Assembly: GCA_043813875.1 (NCBI GenBank)
Contig: JBDRKP010000034.1
Span: 1-31,711 of the forward strand
Direction: 5' to 3'
Length of the DNA: 31,711 nucleotides
DNA from: an archaeon
GTDB taxonomy: Archaea; EX4484-52; B79-G9
Positions within the stretch are counted from its first letter, which is position 1. Every line of letters starts with the position of its first letter. Shown piece by piece: positions 19,858 through 29,228 of this stretch. Position numbers and translations under genes: made by a program. Under the pieces are notes generated by a model. The model was given only the letters and a program-made list of their open reading frames with translations. It was not told the DNA's origin and ran no database searches.

Positions 19858-19923
19858 AAGATGACGCTCGCTCTCCTCCTCGTAAGCCTTCTCGTACCCT
19901 GGCTTCTGAGCATGATTGGATAA
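19858..19923 (+). pseudogene. Orphaned diverged copy of the S2P 3' end (direct repeat copy B)
   Basis: Encodes KMTLALLLVSLLVPWLLSMIG-stop versus KMTLALLLVSLLAPWLLSMFA-stop in the gene. Confidence 0.85.
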
Positions 19924-20039
19924 AAGATAAAGATAAAAATGTGGATGGAGTAATTATAGAAAAAAATAATCAGGGCCTCATTTGCACTTAAAATATCATC
20001 TGCCCGTAATCGTTCCTATTTTATTACAATTAGATAGCT

Positions 20040-20357
20040 CTATTCAAATAAATCCTTATATACTTTAGCGTATACACTCTCAAAGTCTTTTAATCTATTA
20101 CCTGAAAGTTGTGCTTGGGCACTGGATTTTGATATCTCTAATGTGTCCGCATATTTTTCTTTAAGTATAGTCTTATCAGCAGGATATAGACTTATTCGAT
20201 GTGCTGCCTCGGCTAATGCAGAAAATGGTTCTATATCTAAAGGACAGTCATGACTGCTAATTATCTTATTAAGGTCACGAAATGCTTGATTATAATTTTC
20301 ACGACCGCCAACTTCTAATTTACTCAAAGAATCACGATATATTTTTTTTACGTTCAT
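20040..20357 (-). CDS. Hypothetical protein (orphan, helical)
   Basis: 105-aa ORF with SD aggtgatg upstream; AT-rich. Confidence 0.65.
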   Translation of the reverse strand: MNVKKIYRDSLSKLEVGGRENYNQAFRDLNKIISSHDCPLDIEPFSALAEAAHRISLYPADKTILKEKYADTLEISKSSAQAQLSGNRLKDFESVYAKVYKDLFE

Positions 20358-20639
20358 ATTACATCACCTTTTCAAAATAATGATGTTTCTCTATTGGTAG
20401 ATAAATTTAAATCTATTTATTTTAGAAACTATAAAGTAACAATTAACTGCATTCAATTTTCTTGGCAGAATCATTGTTTCTGCCAATCATTATCTCTGAA
20501 TGCCAACGATTTTTGCATATGTTTCGTTAAATATTTCTACTGACCCTCTTATTATTCCACCACACACCACAACCTATATATTATTCAAAAAATCATTATA
20601 TTGATATATTATAGTACCGATTGTCATCTGCAATGATAC

Positions 20640-20729
20640 TATAGTTGCTCGCATAACTATTTAGACAAAAATGCGAGCAATCTATATGGAAAAAGCACAA
20701 TTATCTGTAAATTGAGTTGTGCTTTTTAC
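20640..20729. repeat. Double-hairpin intergenic element, copy 2
   Basis: First 60 bp identical to 7545-7604; second hairpin AAAAAGCACAA-N16-TTGTGCTTTTT has a different loop; ends at the fbp TATA box. Confidence 0.95.
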
Positions 20730-20759
20730 TATATAATTTAGAGAGGAGAGTGGTAAATA

Positions 20760-21653
20760 ATGACGACATTAAGACAGTATCTGGATTCTACAGCCAGTCC
20801 GAAAGACTTGAAAGACCTGATAGAGCTCATAGCGAAGCAGGCGCAGCCAATCCGCGACGCATTCATAGCCAACCAGAAATATGCGGACACGAAAAACGTC
20901 TACGGCGAGACCCAGATGGAACTCGACAAATGGTCCGACCAGCACTTGATAAAGATTCTCAAAAAATCAAAATTAGTAAAAGAGGTCGCATCAGAAGAGC
21001 AGCCTGAAGTGGTGAGTTTTCCAGACGCGAAATCGAACTATGGCGTAACCATGGACCCTCTCGACGGCTCGTCCCTCATTCAGGTGAACCTCGCAGTCGG
21101 GACAATAATCGGCATATACGACAACGGCAAAGTCATGCAGCAGGGAAAGAACCTGAGAGCAGCCATGTACATGCTCTACGGCCCCCTCACTATACTCACA
21201 GTCACAGTAAAAGAGGGCGTGCACATATTCGCCTTGAACGACAAGAAAGAGTTCGTCATGATAGAAAAAAACGTCCGGATACCCGAAGGCAATCTCTACG
21301 CGAGCGGAGCATTGAAAAAAGACTGGACACCCAAACACGCAAAATTCATCGACTCGCTAGAAAAAGACGGCTACAAGCTCAGGTACTCCGGCTCCTTTGT
21401 CGCCGATGTCCACCAGTACCTGAAATACGGCGGCATCTTCGCATACCCGGCATACAAGGGTCACGAGAGCGGAAAATTAAGGCTTCTTTTCGAGGCGAAC
21501 CCGCTCGGCTTCATAGTATCGCAGGCAGGCGGCGCGATAAGCACCGGGAGCAAAGACATCCTGACCATAACCCCAGAGAAAGTAGACCACCGGGTCCCGA
21601 TATACATAGGAAGCAGGGGAGCGGTAAAAAGAGCAGAAGACATGTTGAAATAA
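20760..21653 (+). CDS. fbp: Fructose-1,6-bisphosphatase class I
   Basis: NVYGETQMELD, ASEE, DPLDGSS, YMLYGP, RYSGSFVAD, GKLRLLFEANP. Confidence 0.97.
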   Translation: MTTLRQYLDSTASPKDLKDLIELIAKQAQPIRDAFIANQKYADTKNVYGETQMELDKWSDQHLIKILKKSKLVKEVASEEQPEVVSFPDAKSNYGVTMDPLDGSSLIQVNLAVGTIIGIYDNGKVMQQGKNLRAAMYMLYGPLTILTVTVKEGVHIFALNDKKEFVMIEKNVRIPEGNLYASGALKKDWTPKHAKFIDSLEKDGYKLRYSGSFVADVHQYLKYGGIFAYPAYKGHESGKLRLLFEANPLGFIVSQAGGAISTGSKDILTITPEKVDHRVPIYIGSRGAVKRAEDMLK

Positions 21654-21666
21654 GAGGTGATAAGAT

Positions 21667-22791
21667 ATGAGTGAAAACAAACCGATATCAGGAGAAAAGA
21701 TGTTCAATTCATTGAAAGACAAGGGCTGCATAATAATGGCGACAAACGTCCGCTATATCCCTGGCGTCGCAGAAGGATTATTCAGGGCAGCAAAAGACAC
21801 GAACTCTCCACTGATCATGGAGATAGCACGATCAGAATCAGACATAAACGGCGGCTACACCGGCTACACGCCAAAAGAATACTCAAAACGCATACAGAAA
21901 GCAGCAGACAAAATCGGCTTCAAGAAATGGGTCCTGCACGCAGACCACATCGGCATAAAATCCGGCGACCCCGAGACAATCGAAGGCACGAAGAAACTGG
22001 TAAAGGCGCAGATAGACGCCGGCTTCACATCCTTTGCGATAGACGCATCGCACATATTCAACTTCGACGGCAAGAACGAGAAAGAGGAACTTGCAGGCAA
22101 CATAAAAGCGACAACAGAAGTCGCAAAGTTCATAAGCGAAGAGATGAAAAAGAAAGGCATAAAATCCTACGGCCTTGAAGTGGAAGTCGGCGAGATAGGA
22201 AGGAAAGACGAAAAAGGCTTCCTTTTGACCTCACCGAAAGAAGGGACAACATTCATCAGGGAACTCAACAGCAACGGCATATATCCTCAGCTTCTTGCAA
22301 TCGCAAACGGCTCGACGCACGGCAACATCTACAAGAACGGCGTGAAAGTGGCCCAGGTATCGATAGACATCCCGAGGACAAAAGACATCGCTGCAGCCAT
22401 GCGAAAAGAGAACCTGAACGTCAGGATCGCCCAGCACGGCATCACCGGGACGCCGATAGACCTCATCGCGACCCAGTTCCCGAAAGGCGACATCCTTAAA
22501 GGCAACGTCGCAACATACTGGCAGAACATAGTATGGGATGTTGTAAAGATCTACGAGCCCGCTCTCTATGCAAAGATAGAAAATTGGGTGCTTACAAAAT
22601 ACGCACAGCCAGGAAAGAGCGACGAGGAGATATTCGGCAAGAACTGCAAGCAAGCATTCAAGCAATTCTTCGACGAGATGCACAGCATAGATAAAGATGC
22701 AGTAAAAGCCATCGAAGCGCAAGTATACGCAAGCGCCCTCACCTTCTTCCGCGCATTCAACTCCTTCGGCAAAGCCAGCCTTGTAAAATGA
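21667..22791 (+). CDS. fba: Fructose-bisphosphate aldolase class II
   Basis: LHADH, GFTSFAIDAS, EVEVGEIG, AIANGSTHG, AQHGITG, KGNVAT metal-binding motifs; SD gaggtga. Confidence 0.93.
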   Translation: MSENKPISGEKMFNSLKDKGCIIMATNVRYIPGVAEGLFRAAKDTNSPLIMEIARSESDINGGYTGYTPKEYSKRIQKAADKIGFKKWVLHADHIGIKSGDPETIEGTKKLVKAQIDAGFTSFAIDASHIFNFDGKNEKEELAGNIKATTEVAKFISEEMKKKGIKSYGLEVEVGEIGRKDEKGFLLTSPKEGTTFIRELNSNGIYPQLLAIANGSTHGNIYKNGVKVAQVSIDIPRTKDIAAAMRKENLNVRIAQHGITGTPIDLIATQFPKGDILKGNVATYWQNIVWDVVKIYEPALYAKIENWVLTKYAQPGKSDEEIFGKNCKQAFKQFFDEMHSIDKDAVKAIEAQVYASALTFFRAFNSFGKASLVK

Positions 22792-22815
22792 GCGCTAGGA
22801 TATAAAAGTAACCCC

Positions 22816-22840
22816 GCCGACACTCGTGTCGGCATTTTTT
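22816..22840 (+). terminator. GC-rich hairpin + T-tract terminator after fba
   Basis: GCCGACA-ctcg-TGTCGGC-a-TTTTTT. Confidence 0.75.
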
Positions 22841-22984
22841 ATTGTGTATAAATTATATACAGACAATAAAAAAGCTTGAAATGCAAAAATAGCACCGTAA
22901 TTTCATGATTTTTTTCTTTGATTCTATTTATTATAGTTAAGGTCGTTACCTTCAAGACCAAAAGTCAACAAAAACCAATAGACC

Positions 22985-23395
22985 TTAATCTATATGGCAA
23001 AGACATTTGTCCAGAAAGTTATGTCTTTGACTATACATGGATTTAGGGCAATTGACAATCCCATTGATTTTATATTTTCCGCCAGCCTTTGATTCAGTAT
23101 TTAATTTCTTGATAGCATCATCCGTTTTTTTAAGCGCATTGATTAATATTTCACTCTGCTCATAACTCTTTTCAATATCTGAAAAGTGATCAAATTGATT
23201 GAAGGCAGCAGCGTTGATTTTATACAAAGCTTCCTTATAAGAGTATTTACCCCTTCTGATAACGCTTATGAATCGGTCATCAATGAACGGCACATACACT
23301 TTCTCTTTTTCAGGCGTCTCGATTATCAGGCATCGATACACAAACTCAGGCGCCATCAGTTCAGAAAGCAAATCATCCTTATACATCAGAATCAC
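22985..23395 (-). CDS. Hypothetical protein (orphan)
   Basis: 136-aa AT-rich ORF filling the intergenic gap; start uncertain (GTG 23395 or ATG 23386). Confidence 0.6.
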   Translation of the reverse strand: MILMYKDDLLSELMAPEFVYRCLIIETPEKEKVYVPFIDDRFISVIRRGKYSYKEALYKINAAAFNQFDHFSDIEKSYEQSEILINALKKTDDAIKKLNTESKAGGKYKINGIVNCPKSMYSQRHNFLDKCLCHID

Positions 23396-23456
23396 ACTAT
23401 TATGTTCTGCAATTATTGGGTAATATTTAAATACTTATGCGTAGTGACTTAAATCA

Positions 23457-24401
23457 TCAGCAAAAATTCTCAAGTATAAGCTCCTCAAGTTCAGGAATCG
23501 TCTTCTTGGTCCCTACCTCCTCCCTGAACCTTCGCCCGCCATTCATCCCCTTCGAGAACCAGCACGCATGAACCCTTAGATCCGTCAACCGCGCCCCAGT
23601 CAGCTCCTTGCACAATCCCCACAACTCCAGAAGCGCCCTCTGCCTGTCCTCCTTCGTATGCTCCGCAATCTTTCCCGTATTCAAAAACTCAAGCGCATCC
23701 TCAAAAATGAACGGGTTCCCGAGCGCAGCCCGACCGATCATCACAAGATCGCACTCCGTCTTGTCAAGCATTTCCTTGGCGCGCTGCGGCGTATTCACAT
23801 CCCCGTTTCCGATAACAGGTATCCTCAACTCCCTTTTAACATCTTTGATGATATCCCAGTCCGCCTCGCCCGTATACATCATCTTCGCAGTCCTTCCATG
23901 CACAGTCACAGCAGACGCCCCTGCATCCTCGACAGTATGCGCTACCTCCATCACATTGACCGAATCCCACCCAAGTCTGATTTTTGCAGTGACAGGAACA
24001 TCCACACTGGAAACAATCGCAGAAACAAGCTCCCCGACCATCTTAGGTGAATTGAGCAGTTTCGCCCCCGCCCCCTTGCGCGAAAGCTTGAACGACGGGC
24101 ATCCGAGATTAAGATCGATTATGCTCGCCCCCAGATCGACAAGACTCTTCGCAGCTCCCCGAAGTGTATCCGCCCGCGCCCCGAACATCTGCGCAGCAAC
24201 CGGCTTATCCTCATCATTCGTCACAAATTCCTTCTTATGCCTGTGTATATCATAGAACATCCCGTCAGCATCAATCATCTCCGTAAACGTAAGCGCAGCC
24301 CCGTAACGCCGCGCAAGAATCCTGAACGGCAGGTTGGTCACGCCCGCCATGGGTGCCAGAACAAGCCGGTTCTTCAGCTTGACATTACCAATCTTGATCA
24401 T
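23457..24401 (-). CDS. dus: tRNA-dihydrouridine synthase (DusB-like)
   Basis: LAPMAGVT, TEMI, DLNLGCP, GAGAKLL, KIRLGWD, VHGRT, GNGDV, MIGRAALGNP. Confidence 0.95.
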   Translation of the reverse strand: MIKIGNVKLKNRLVLAPMAGVTNLPFRILARRYGAALTFTEMIDADGMFYDIHRHKKEFVTNDEDKPVAAQMFGARADTLRGAAKSLVDLGASIIDLNLGCPSFKLSRKGAGAKLLNSPKMVGELVSAIVSSVDVPVTAKIRLGWDSVNVMEVAHTVEDAGASAVTVHGRTAKMMYTGEADWDIIKDVKRELRIPVIGNGDVNTPQRAKEMLDKTECDLVMIGRAALGNPFIFEDALEFLNTGKIAEHTKEDRQRALLELWGLCKELTGARLTDLRVHACWFSKGMNGGRRFREEVGTKKTIPELEELILENFC

Positions 24402-24540
24402 ACACCGTAATGCAATGGATATATTTTAAAACCATTCGGTCGAAAGCCACAGAAACTTATATATATGATACAAGCACAATAATTAATGTCCGGAATATAA
24501 AAAATTCTTGGAATGAAGAGAGTGTTGGGGTTTGAGGAAA

Positions 24541-26961
24541 ATGGAAAAAGACAAAATGTTTATTCTTTGGTTTGACCAGCTAGGCATAGAAGACGTTGGT
24601 ATCGTAGGTGGCAAAAACGCATCACTTGGCGAGATGTACCGAAACCTTTCCCAACGCGGGATAAAGATCCCGAACGGCTTTGCCATCACCGCTCATGCCT
24701 ACCGCTATCTTCTTGAAAGATCAGGCATCGAACAGAGAATCCGTGACATCCTCTCTGACCTCGACACAAAAGACATGCATAACCTCATGACCCGCGGCCA
24801 GAAAGTCCGCACAACAATCCTCAACGCAGAATTCCCAAAAGAACTTAAGGATACAATAATCGAAGCATATTCAAACCTCTGCAAACAATACGGCGACGAC
24901 TGCGACGTCGCAGTCAGATCCTCAGCGACAGCAGAAGACCTCCCAGACGCCTCCTTTGCAGGCCAGCAGGAGACATACTTGAACATAATGGGTCCAGAAA
25001 TGCTGATAGAAGCATGCAAGAAATGCTTCTCATCCCTCTTCACAAACAGGGCGATATCATACAGGCAGGACAAGAACTTCGACCACTTCTCAATAGCATT
25101 GTCAATCGGTGTCCAGAAGATGGTCCGCTCCGACATCGCATGCTCAGGCGTCATGTTCTCGATAGACACAGAATCCGGCTTCAAGGATGCGGTCTTCATA
25201 ACCGGCTCGTACGGTCTGGGCGAAAACGTCGTCCAGGGCGCAGTAAACCCCGACGAATACTACGTCTTCAAGCCCACATTGCGGCTTGGCAAAAAAGCGA
25301 TAATAAGCAAAACAATCGGCTCCAAAGAGATCAAGATGATCTACACAAAAGACGGCAGCAAACCGACAAGAAACGTGCCTGTCCCTGAACACGACCAGAA
25401 AAGATTCTGCCTGAAAGACGATGAAGTGCTCACGCTTGCAAGATACGCAACAGAGATTGAAGACCATTATTCAGGAAAAGCAGGACACTTCAAGCCCATG
25501 GACATGGAATGGGCAAAAGACGGCTCTACAGGCGAACTCTTCATAGTTCAGGCAAGGCCCGAGACAGTCCACTCGCAGGAAGACAAGAACATCATCAGGA
25601 AATACGTCTTAAAAGAACAGGGAAAAGTGATAATCAAAGGCGAAAGTGTCGGCGAGCTCATCGGCGCCGGCCAGGCAAACATAATCTGCGATGCCCACGA
25701 CATCGGAAAGTTCAAAAAGGGCCAGGTACTGGTAACAGACATGACCGACCCCGACTGGGAGCCCATAATGAAAATAGCCTCAGCCATAGTGACAAACCGT
25801 GGCGGCAGGACCTGCCACGCTGCAATCATCAGCCGCGAACTTGGAATACCATGCGTTGTCGGGACAAAAGAAGGCACAAAGACAATAAAGAGCAATCATG
25901 ATATAACTGTCTCATGCGCTTCAGGCGAAGTAGGCTACGTCTACCGTGGTAAGCTGAAATTCGAGATAGAAGAAGTCAACCTGAAGACAATCCCCGTCAC
26001 AAAGACAAAGATCATGATGAACGTCGGAAACCCCTCTCAGGCATTCGAGATGTCATTCATCCCGAACGACGGCGTTGGCCTTGCAAGAGAAGAATTCATA
26101 ATAAACTCATACATCAAAGTTCACCCGCTTGCACTCATGAACTACACCAGCTTAAAAAAGAACCATGAAAACGCATCTCTCATAAAAAATATAGACGAGA
26201 TAACAGAAGGCTACCCGGACAAGAAAGAGTTTTTCATAGAGAAGCTGGCGCACGGCGTAGCGACAATCGGCGCAGCCTTCTATCCCAAAGACGTCATCGT
26301 CCGCCTGTCAGACTTCAAATCGAACGAATATGCGAACCTTGTAGGCGGCACGCTCTTCGAGCCCAAAGAAGACAACCCGATGATCGGTTGGCGTGGCGCA
26401 TCAAGATACTATTCCCCGAAATACCGCGACGCATTCGGCCTTGAATGCATGGCATTGAAGCGCGTAAGAGAAGACATGGGCCTCACCAACGTAAAAATCA
26501 TGATCCCGTTCTGCCGCACAGTGGATGAAGGAAAGAAAGTGCTCGCTGAGATGGAAAAACACGGCCTCAAACGCGGCGAGAATAACCTTGAGGTATACGT
26601 CATGTGCGAGATACCCTCAAACGTCATACTGGTAGACGAATTCTCTGAGATATTCGACGGCTTCTCAATCGGCTCAAACGACCTCACCCAGCTCACATTA
26701 GGCCTTGACCGCGATTCCGAACTAGTCTCAAGCATCTACGACGAGCGCAACGCGGCAGTAAAAATCCTGATATCTCAGGTTATCAAAGGCGCAAAAAGAA
26801 ACAACCGAAAAATAGGTATCTGCGGCCAGGCTCCCTCCGACTTTCCTGACTTTGCGCAATTTCTGGTAGAAGAAGGCATAGATTCTATATCACTAAACCC
26901 AGACACCGTGATAAAGACAAAATTAAAGATCAGAGAAAAAGAACAAAGCCTGAACAAGTGA
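24541..26961 (+). CDS. ppsA: Phosphoenolpyruvate synthase (pyruvate, water dikinase)
   Basis: VGGKNASLGEM, VAVRSSATAEDLP, QARPETV, GGRTCHAAI phospho-His, MCEIPSN, SIGSNDLTQ, ICGQAPSD. Confidence 0.98.
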   Translation: MEKDKMFILWFDQLGIEDVGIVGGKNASLGEMYRNLSQRGIKIPNGFAITAHAYRYLLERSGIEQRIRDILSDLDTKDMHNLMTRGQKVRTTILNAEFPKELKDTIIEAYSNLCKQYGDDCDVAVRSSATAEDLPDASFAGQQETYLNIMGPEMLIEACKKCFSSLFTNRAISYRQDKNFDHFSIALSIGVQKMVRSDIACSGVMFSIDTESGFKDAVFITGSYGLGENVVQGAVNPDEYYVFKPTLRLGKKAIISKTIGSKEIKMIYTKDGSKPTRNVPVPEHDQKRFCLKDDEVLTLARYATEIEDHYSGKAGHFKPMDMEWAKDGSTGELFIVQARPETVHSQEDKNIIRKYVLKEQGKVIIKGESVGELIGAGQANIICDAHDIGKFKKGQVLVTDMTDPDWEPIMKIASAIVTNRGGRTCHAAIISRELGIPCVVGTKEGTKTIKSNHDITVSCASGEVGYVYRGKLKFEIEEVNLKTIPVTKTKIMMNVGNPSQAFEMSFIPNDGVGLAREEFIINSYIKVHPLALMNYTSLKKNHENASLIKNIDEITEGYPDKKEFFIEKLAHGVATIGAAFYPKDVIVRLSDFKSNEYANLVGGTLFEPKEDNPMIGWRGASRYYSPKYRDAFGLECMALKRVREDMGLTNVKIMIPFCRTVDEGKKVLAEMEKHGLKRGENNLEVYVMCEIPSNVILVDEFSEIFDGFSIGSNDLTQLTLGLDRDSELVSSIYDERNAAVKILISQVIKGAKRNNRKIGICGQAPSDFPDFAQFLVEEGIDSISLNPDTVIKTKLKIREKEQSLNK

Positions 26962-26966
26962 ACAGC

Positions 26967-27347
26967 CTAAATATTTAATTTCCTTAAGATTTTGACAAAA
27001 TCCGACTCAGTGACAATGCCGGCGAGCTTATTGTTTTTGCTGATCACAAGTCTTCTTATATGTTTTTCTTCCATAATCTTTAAGGTCTCATGTATGCTCA
27101 ATTCGCCATCAGTAGTTACTACTGGATAACTCATGATCTCCTTGATCTGGATCTGATGGAACATCTTCTGGTTTGCGACAATCTTTCGCAGGACATCTCG
27201 CTCGGTGACTATCCCCTCGACAGTATCGCCGCATGTTACAACAAGACAACTGATATCTTTCTTCCTCATGATTTCCGCTGCTTCAGTGATAAGGCATCCT
27301 TTTGTTATTGTGACAACATTTTTTGACATGATTTCTTTCACTTTCAT
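26967..27347 (-). CDS. Stand-alone CBS-pair protein
   Basis: Two CBS repeats (VKEIMSKNVVT...GIVTERD; IKEIMSYPVVT...GIVTESD); SD gaggt. Confidence 0.93.
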   Translation of the reverse strand: MKVKEIMSKNVVTITKGCLITEAAEIMRKKDISCLVVTCGDTVEGIVTERDVLRKIVANQKMFHQIQIKEIMSYPVVTTDGELSIHETLKIMEEKHIRRLVISKNNKLAGIVTESDFVKILRKLNI

Positions 27348-27397
27348 AAAAGATTACCTCGATGATATTATGAATCATTTATAGGATTTTAGCGTTA

Positions 27398-28345
27398 TTA
27401 TATTTTCTGTTTGTAATCCTTGGTAGTTAAATCATAGATATGATCGACAATCCTTTTTGCGATATTCAGGTTCGTCGCATTCATCAACCCGACAATACCT
27501 GGGTTGATATTCACCTCTATGACCACAGGCCCTTTCCTGCTCTCGATTATATCCACCGCGCAAATATCCGCGCCGACCGCTTTCGCCGTTTTTATCGCAA
27601 GCTCTTTGACCTCCTCAGTCGCAGTATATTTCGCAGGAGTCCCACCCATCTTGACATTAGCGCGCTTTTCACCTTCTTTTGCAATCCGTTTCATGGACCC
27701 GATGATGCTATCACCTGCCACAAGAACCCTGATATCCTCCCCTGGATTCTCAATGAACTCCTGGATAAGTATTTCCTGCTTCAACACTTCCATCGAAGAG
27801 ATGATAGATCCCATCGATTCTTTATTCTCTATATACATTATCCCCTGGCCGCCGGACCCGCCTTTTAATTTGGCCATGACCGGATATTTTATTTTAGGCA
27901 GTATGGTATCGACTGCTTTCTTGGTCTTGACAATATACGTTCTTGGGATAGGTATATCATTTTGCGCAAGCACGATTGAAGTAAGGAATTTATCATGCGC
28001 CACAAGTATTGTTGCCGCATGATATGGTTTCGGCACAGGAAACGCATCCAGCGCATTCACGACCTCGAATCCGTACACAGCGCGCCGCGAATCGATCTTC
28101 GTCAGGATATAATCAAACTTGGTGATATCCTTCCCGTCATACTCAAGCTTCAGCCTCTTATTGTCTATGCTGATTATAATATCATCTAGAGGTGCCACCA
28201 CAAGGTCAAACTGTTCTTTTGCTTCCTCTATCAGCAATTTAGTAGTTTTAGAATATTTCTTAGGTGTTATCAATAACAGTCTTGGTTTTTTCATTGGTAA
28301 ATCACTTAACTGATTTAAAGCAAGGAATTCTCCCGCATATTTCAT
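27398..28345 (-). CDS. rimK: RimK/LysX-family ATP-grasp amino-acid ligase
   Basis: HDKF, IPRT, KLKGGSGGQG, IQEFI, EDIRV, RANVKMGG, AVDII, IEVNINPG; alternative start 28294. Confidence 0.9.
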   Translation of the reverse strand: MKYAGEFLALNQLSDLPMKKPRLLLITPKKYSKTTKLLIEEAKEQFDLVVAPLDDIIISIDNKRLKLEYDGKDITKFDYILTKIDSRRAVYGFEVVNALDAFPVPKPYHAATILVAHDKFLTSIVLAQNDIPIPRTYIVKTKKAVDTILPKIKYPVMAKLKGGSGGQGIMYIENKESMGSIISSMEVLKQEILIQEFIENPGEDIRVLVAGDSIIGSMKRIAKEGEKRANVKMGGTPAKYTATEEVKELAIKTAKAVGADICAVDIIESRKGPVVIEVNINPGIVGLMNATNLNIAKRIVDHIYDLTTKDYKQKI

Positions 28346-28352
28346 GAGAACC

Positions 28353-29228
28353 TCATTTCGGCATCCCTAAATCAACCCATTTAAGGAATTTAGTGAATAT
28401 ATTCTTCTCGACATGCATCTCGGTACGGTCCTTTAAGTATTTAAGTATCACATCAGTCATATCTTCCTCGAACTTTTCCGCGAATCCGTCGATCTTCGGG
28501 CATATATCCACCCCGTGTATGAATAGCCCTGAAGCGGTCTTCAGTGCGTTTATCTGGCATATGCTTGCCCCCAGCGCATTTGTCACATTTCGTATAGTCT
28601 CGCGGTCTTTCTCACTCAATTTGTATATCTTCTCTTTATTTTTGAGCGCATACATATTATCGCCGATAACAAGTATGCTCAGTCCCACCGAATTATCAAC
28701 CATCTCCTGTATTATAATCGGCTGAGCAAACTGTTCTATGGTATCTATGATGCCTTTAGCCGAACTTTCAGAATCGAGAATCATCCTGCCTTTCTTCTCA
28801 TATGGCAATTTCAACAGTGCAGGATATTTAAGAGTCGGGAGAATCCTCTCAAGCGCCACCCTCGAAAGAGCGAAATACGTATTTGGCATCTGTATCCCTT
28901 TCTCACTCAAGTAGATAGGCGTCAGGAACTCATTATACCCGAAGACAATCGCTTTGTATTCAATCGGCGTATATTTCTTATTATCTTCAAAGAGTTTCAC
29001 GAGCACATAGCCGACATCCGAATATTTGCGCGTGATTCTGGGCAGTATCACATCGAAATTCAGAAGATTCGTATCCTTATAATAAGGTATCGACTGTCCA
29101 TTCTTCGATTCGATACGCATATTTGATAACGGCACATAAAGAACCTTATCAAAATATTTTTTAGCGTTCTCAAGAAGTTTAATTTCAGTATCAGTCCTTT
29201 CCTTAGGACCCAGAACACATAGTTTCAT
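28353..29228 (-). CDS. Degenerate RimK-like ATP-grasp paralogue
   Basis: RimK-like N-terminus (FDVILPRI), MPNTY, YPALLK and IIQEM present, but no Gly-rich loop, DxR or ExN motif. Confidence 0.8.
   Translation of the reverse strand: MKLCVLGPKERTDTEIKLLENAKKYFDKVLYVPLSNMRIESKNGQSIPYYKDTNLLNFDVILPRITRKYSDVGYVLVKLFEDNKKYTPIEYKAIVFGYNEFLTPIYLSEKGIQMPNTYFALSRVALERILPTLKYPALLKLPYEKKGRMILDSESSAKGIIDTIEQFAQPIIIQEMVDNSVGLSILVIGDNMYALKNKEKIYKLSEKDRETIRNVTNALGASICQINALKTASGLFIHGVDICPKIDGFAEKFEEDMTDVILKYLKDRTEMHVEKNIFTKFLKWVDLGMPK

Noticed and set aside
18473..19923. Diversity-generating retroelement VR/TR pair
   Set aside because: Mismatches are not adenine-specific (C/T, T/C, C/G present), the target is a TM helix, and no reverse transcriptase is in the window.
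24472..24489. AAGCACAAT half-site upstream of ppsA resembling hairpin 2 of the repeated element
   Set aside because: Only about 9 nt match and the partner arm is missing, so it is not distinguishable from chance.
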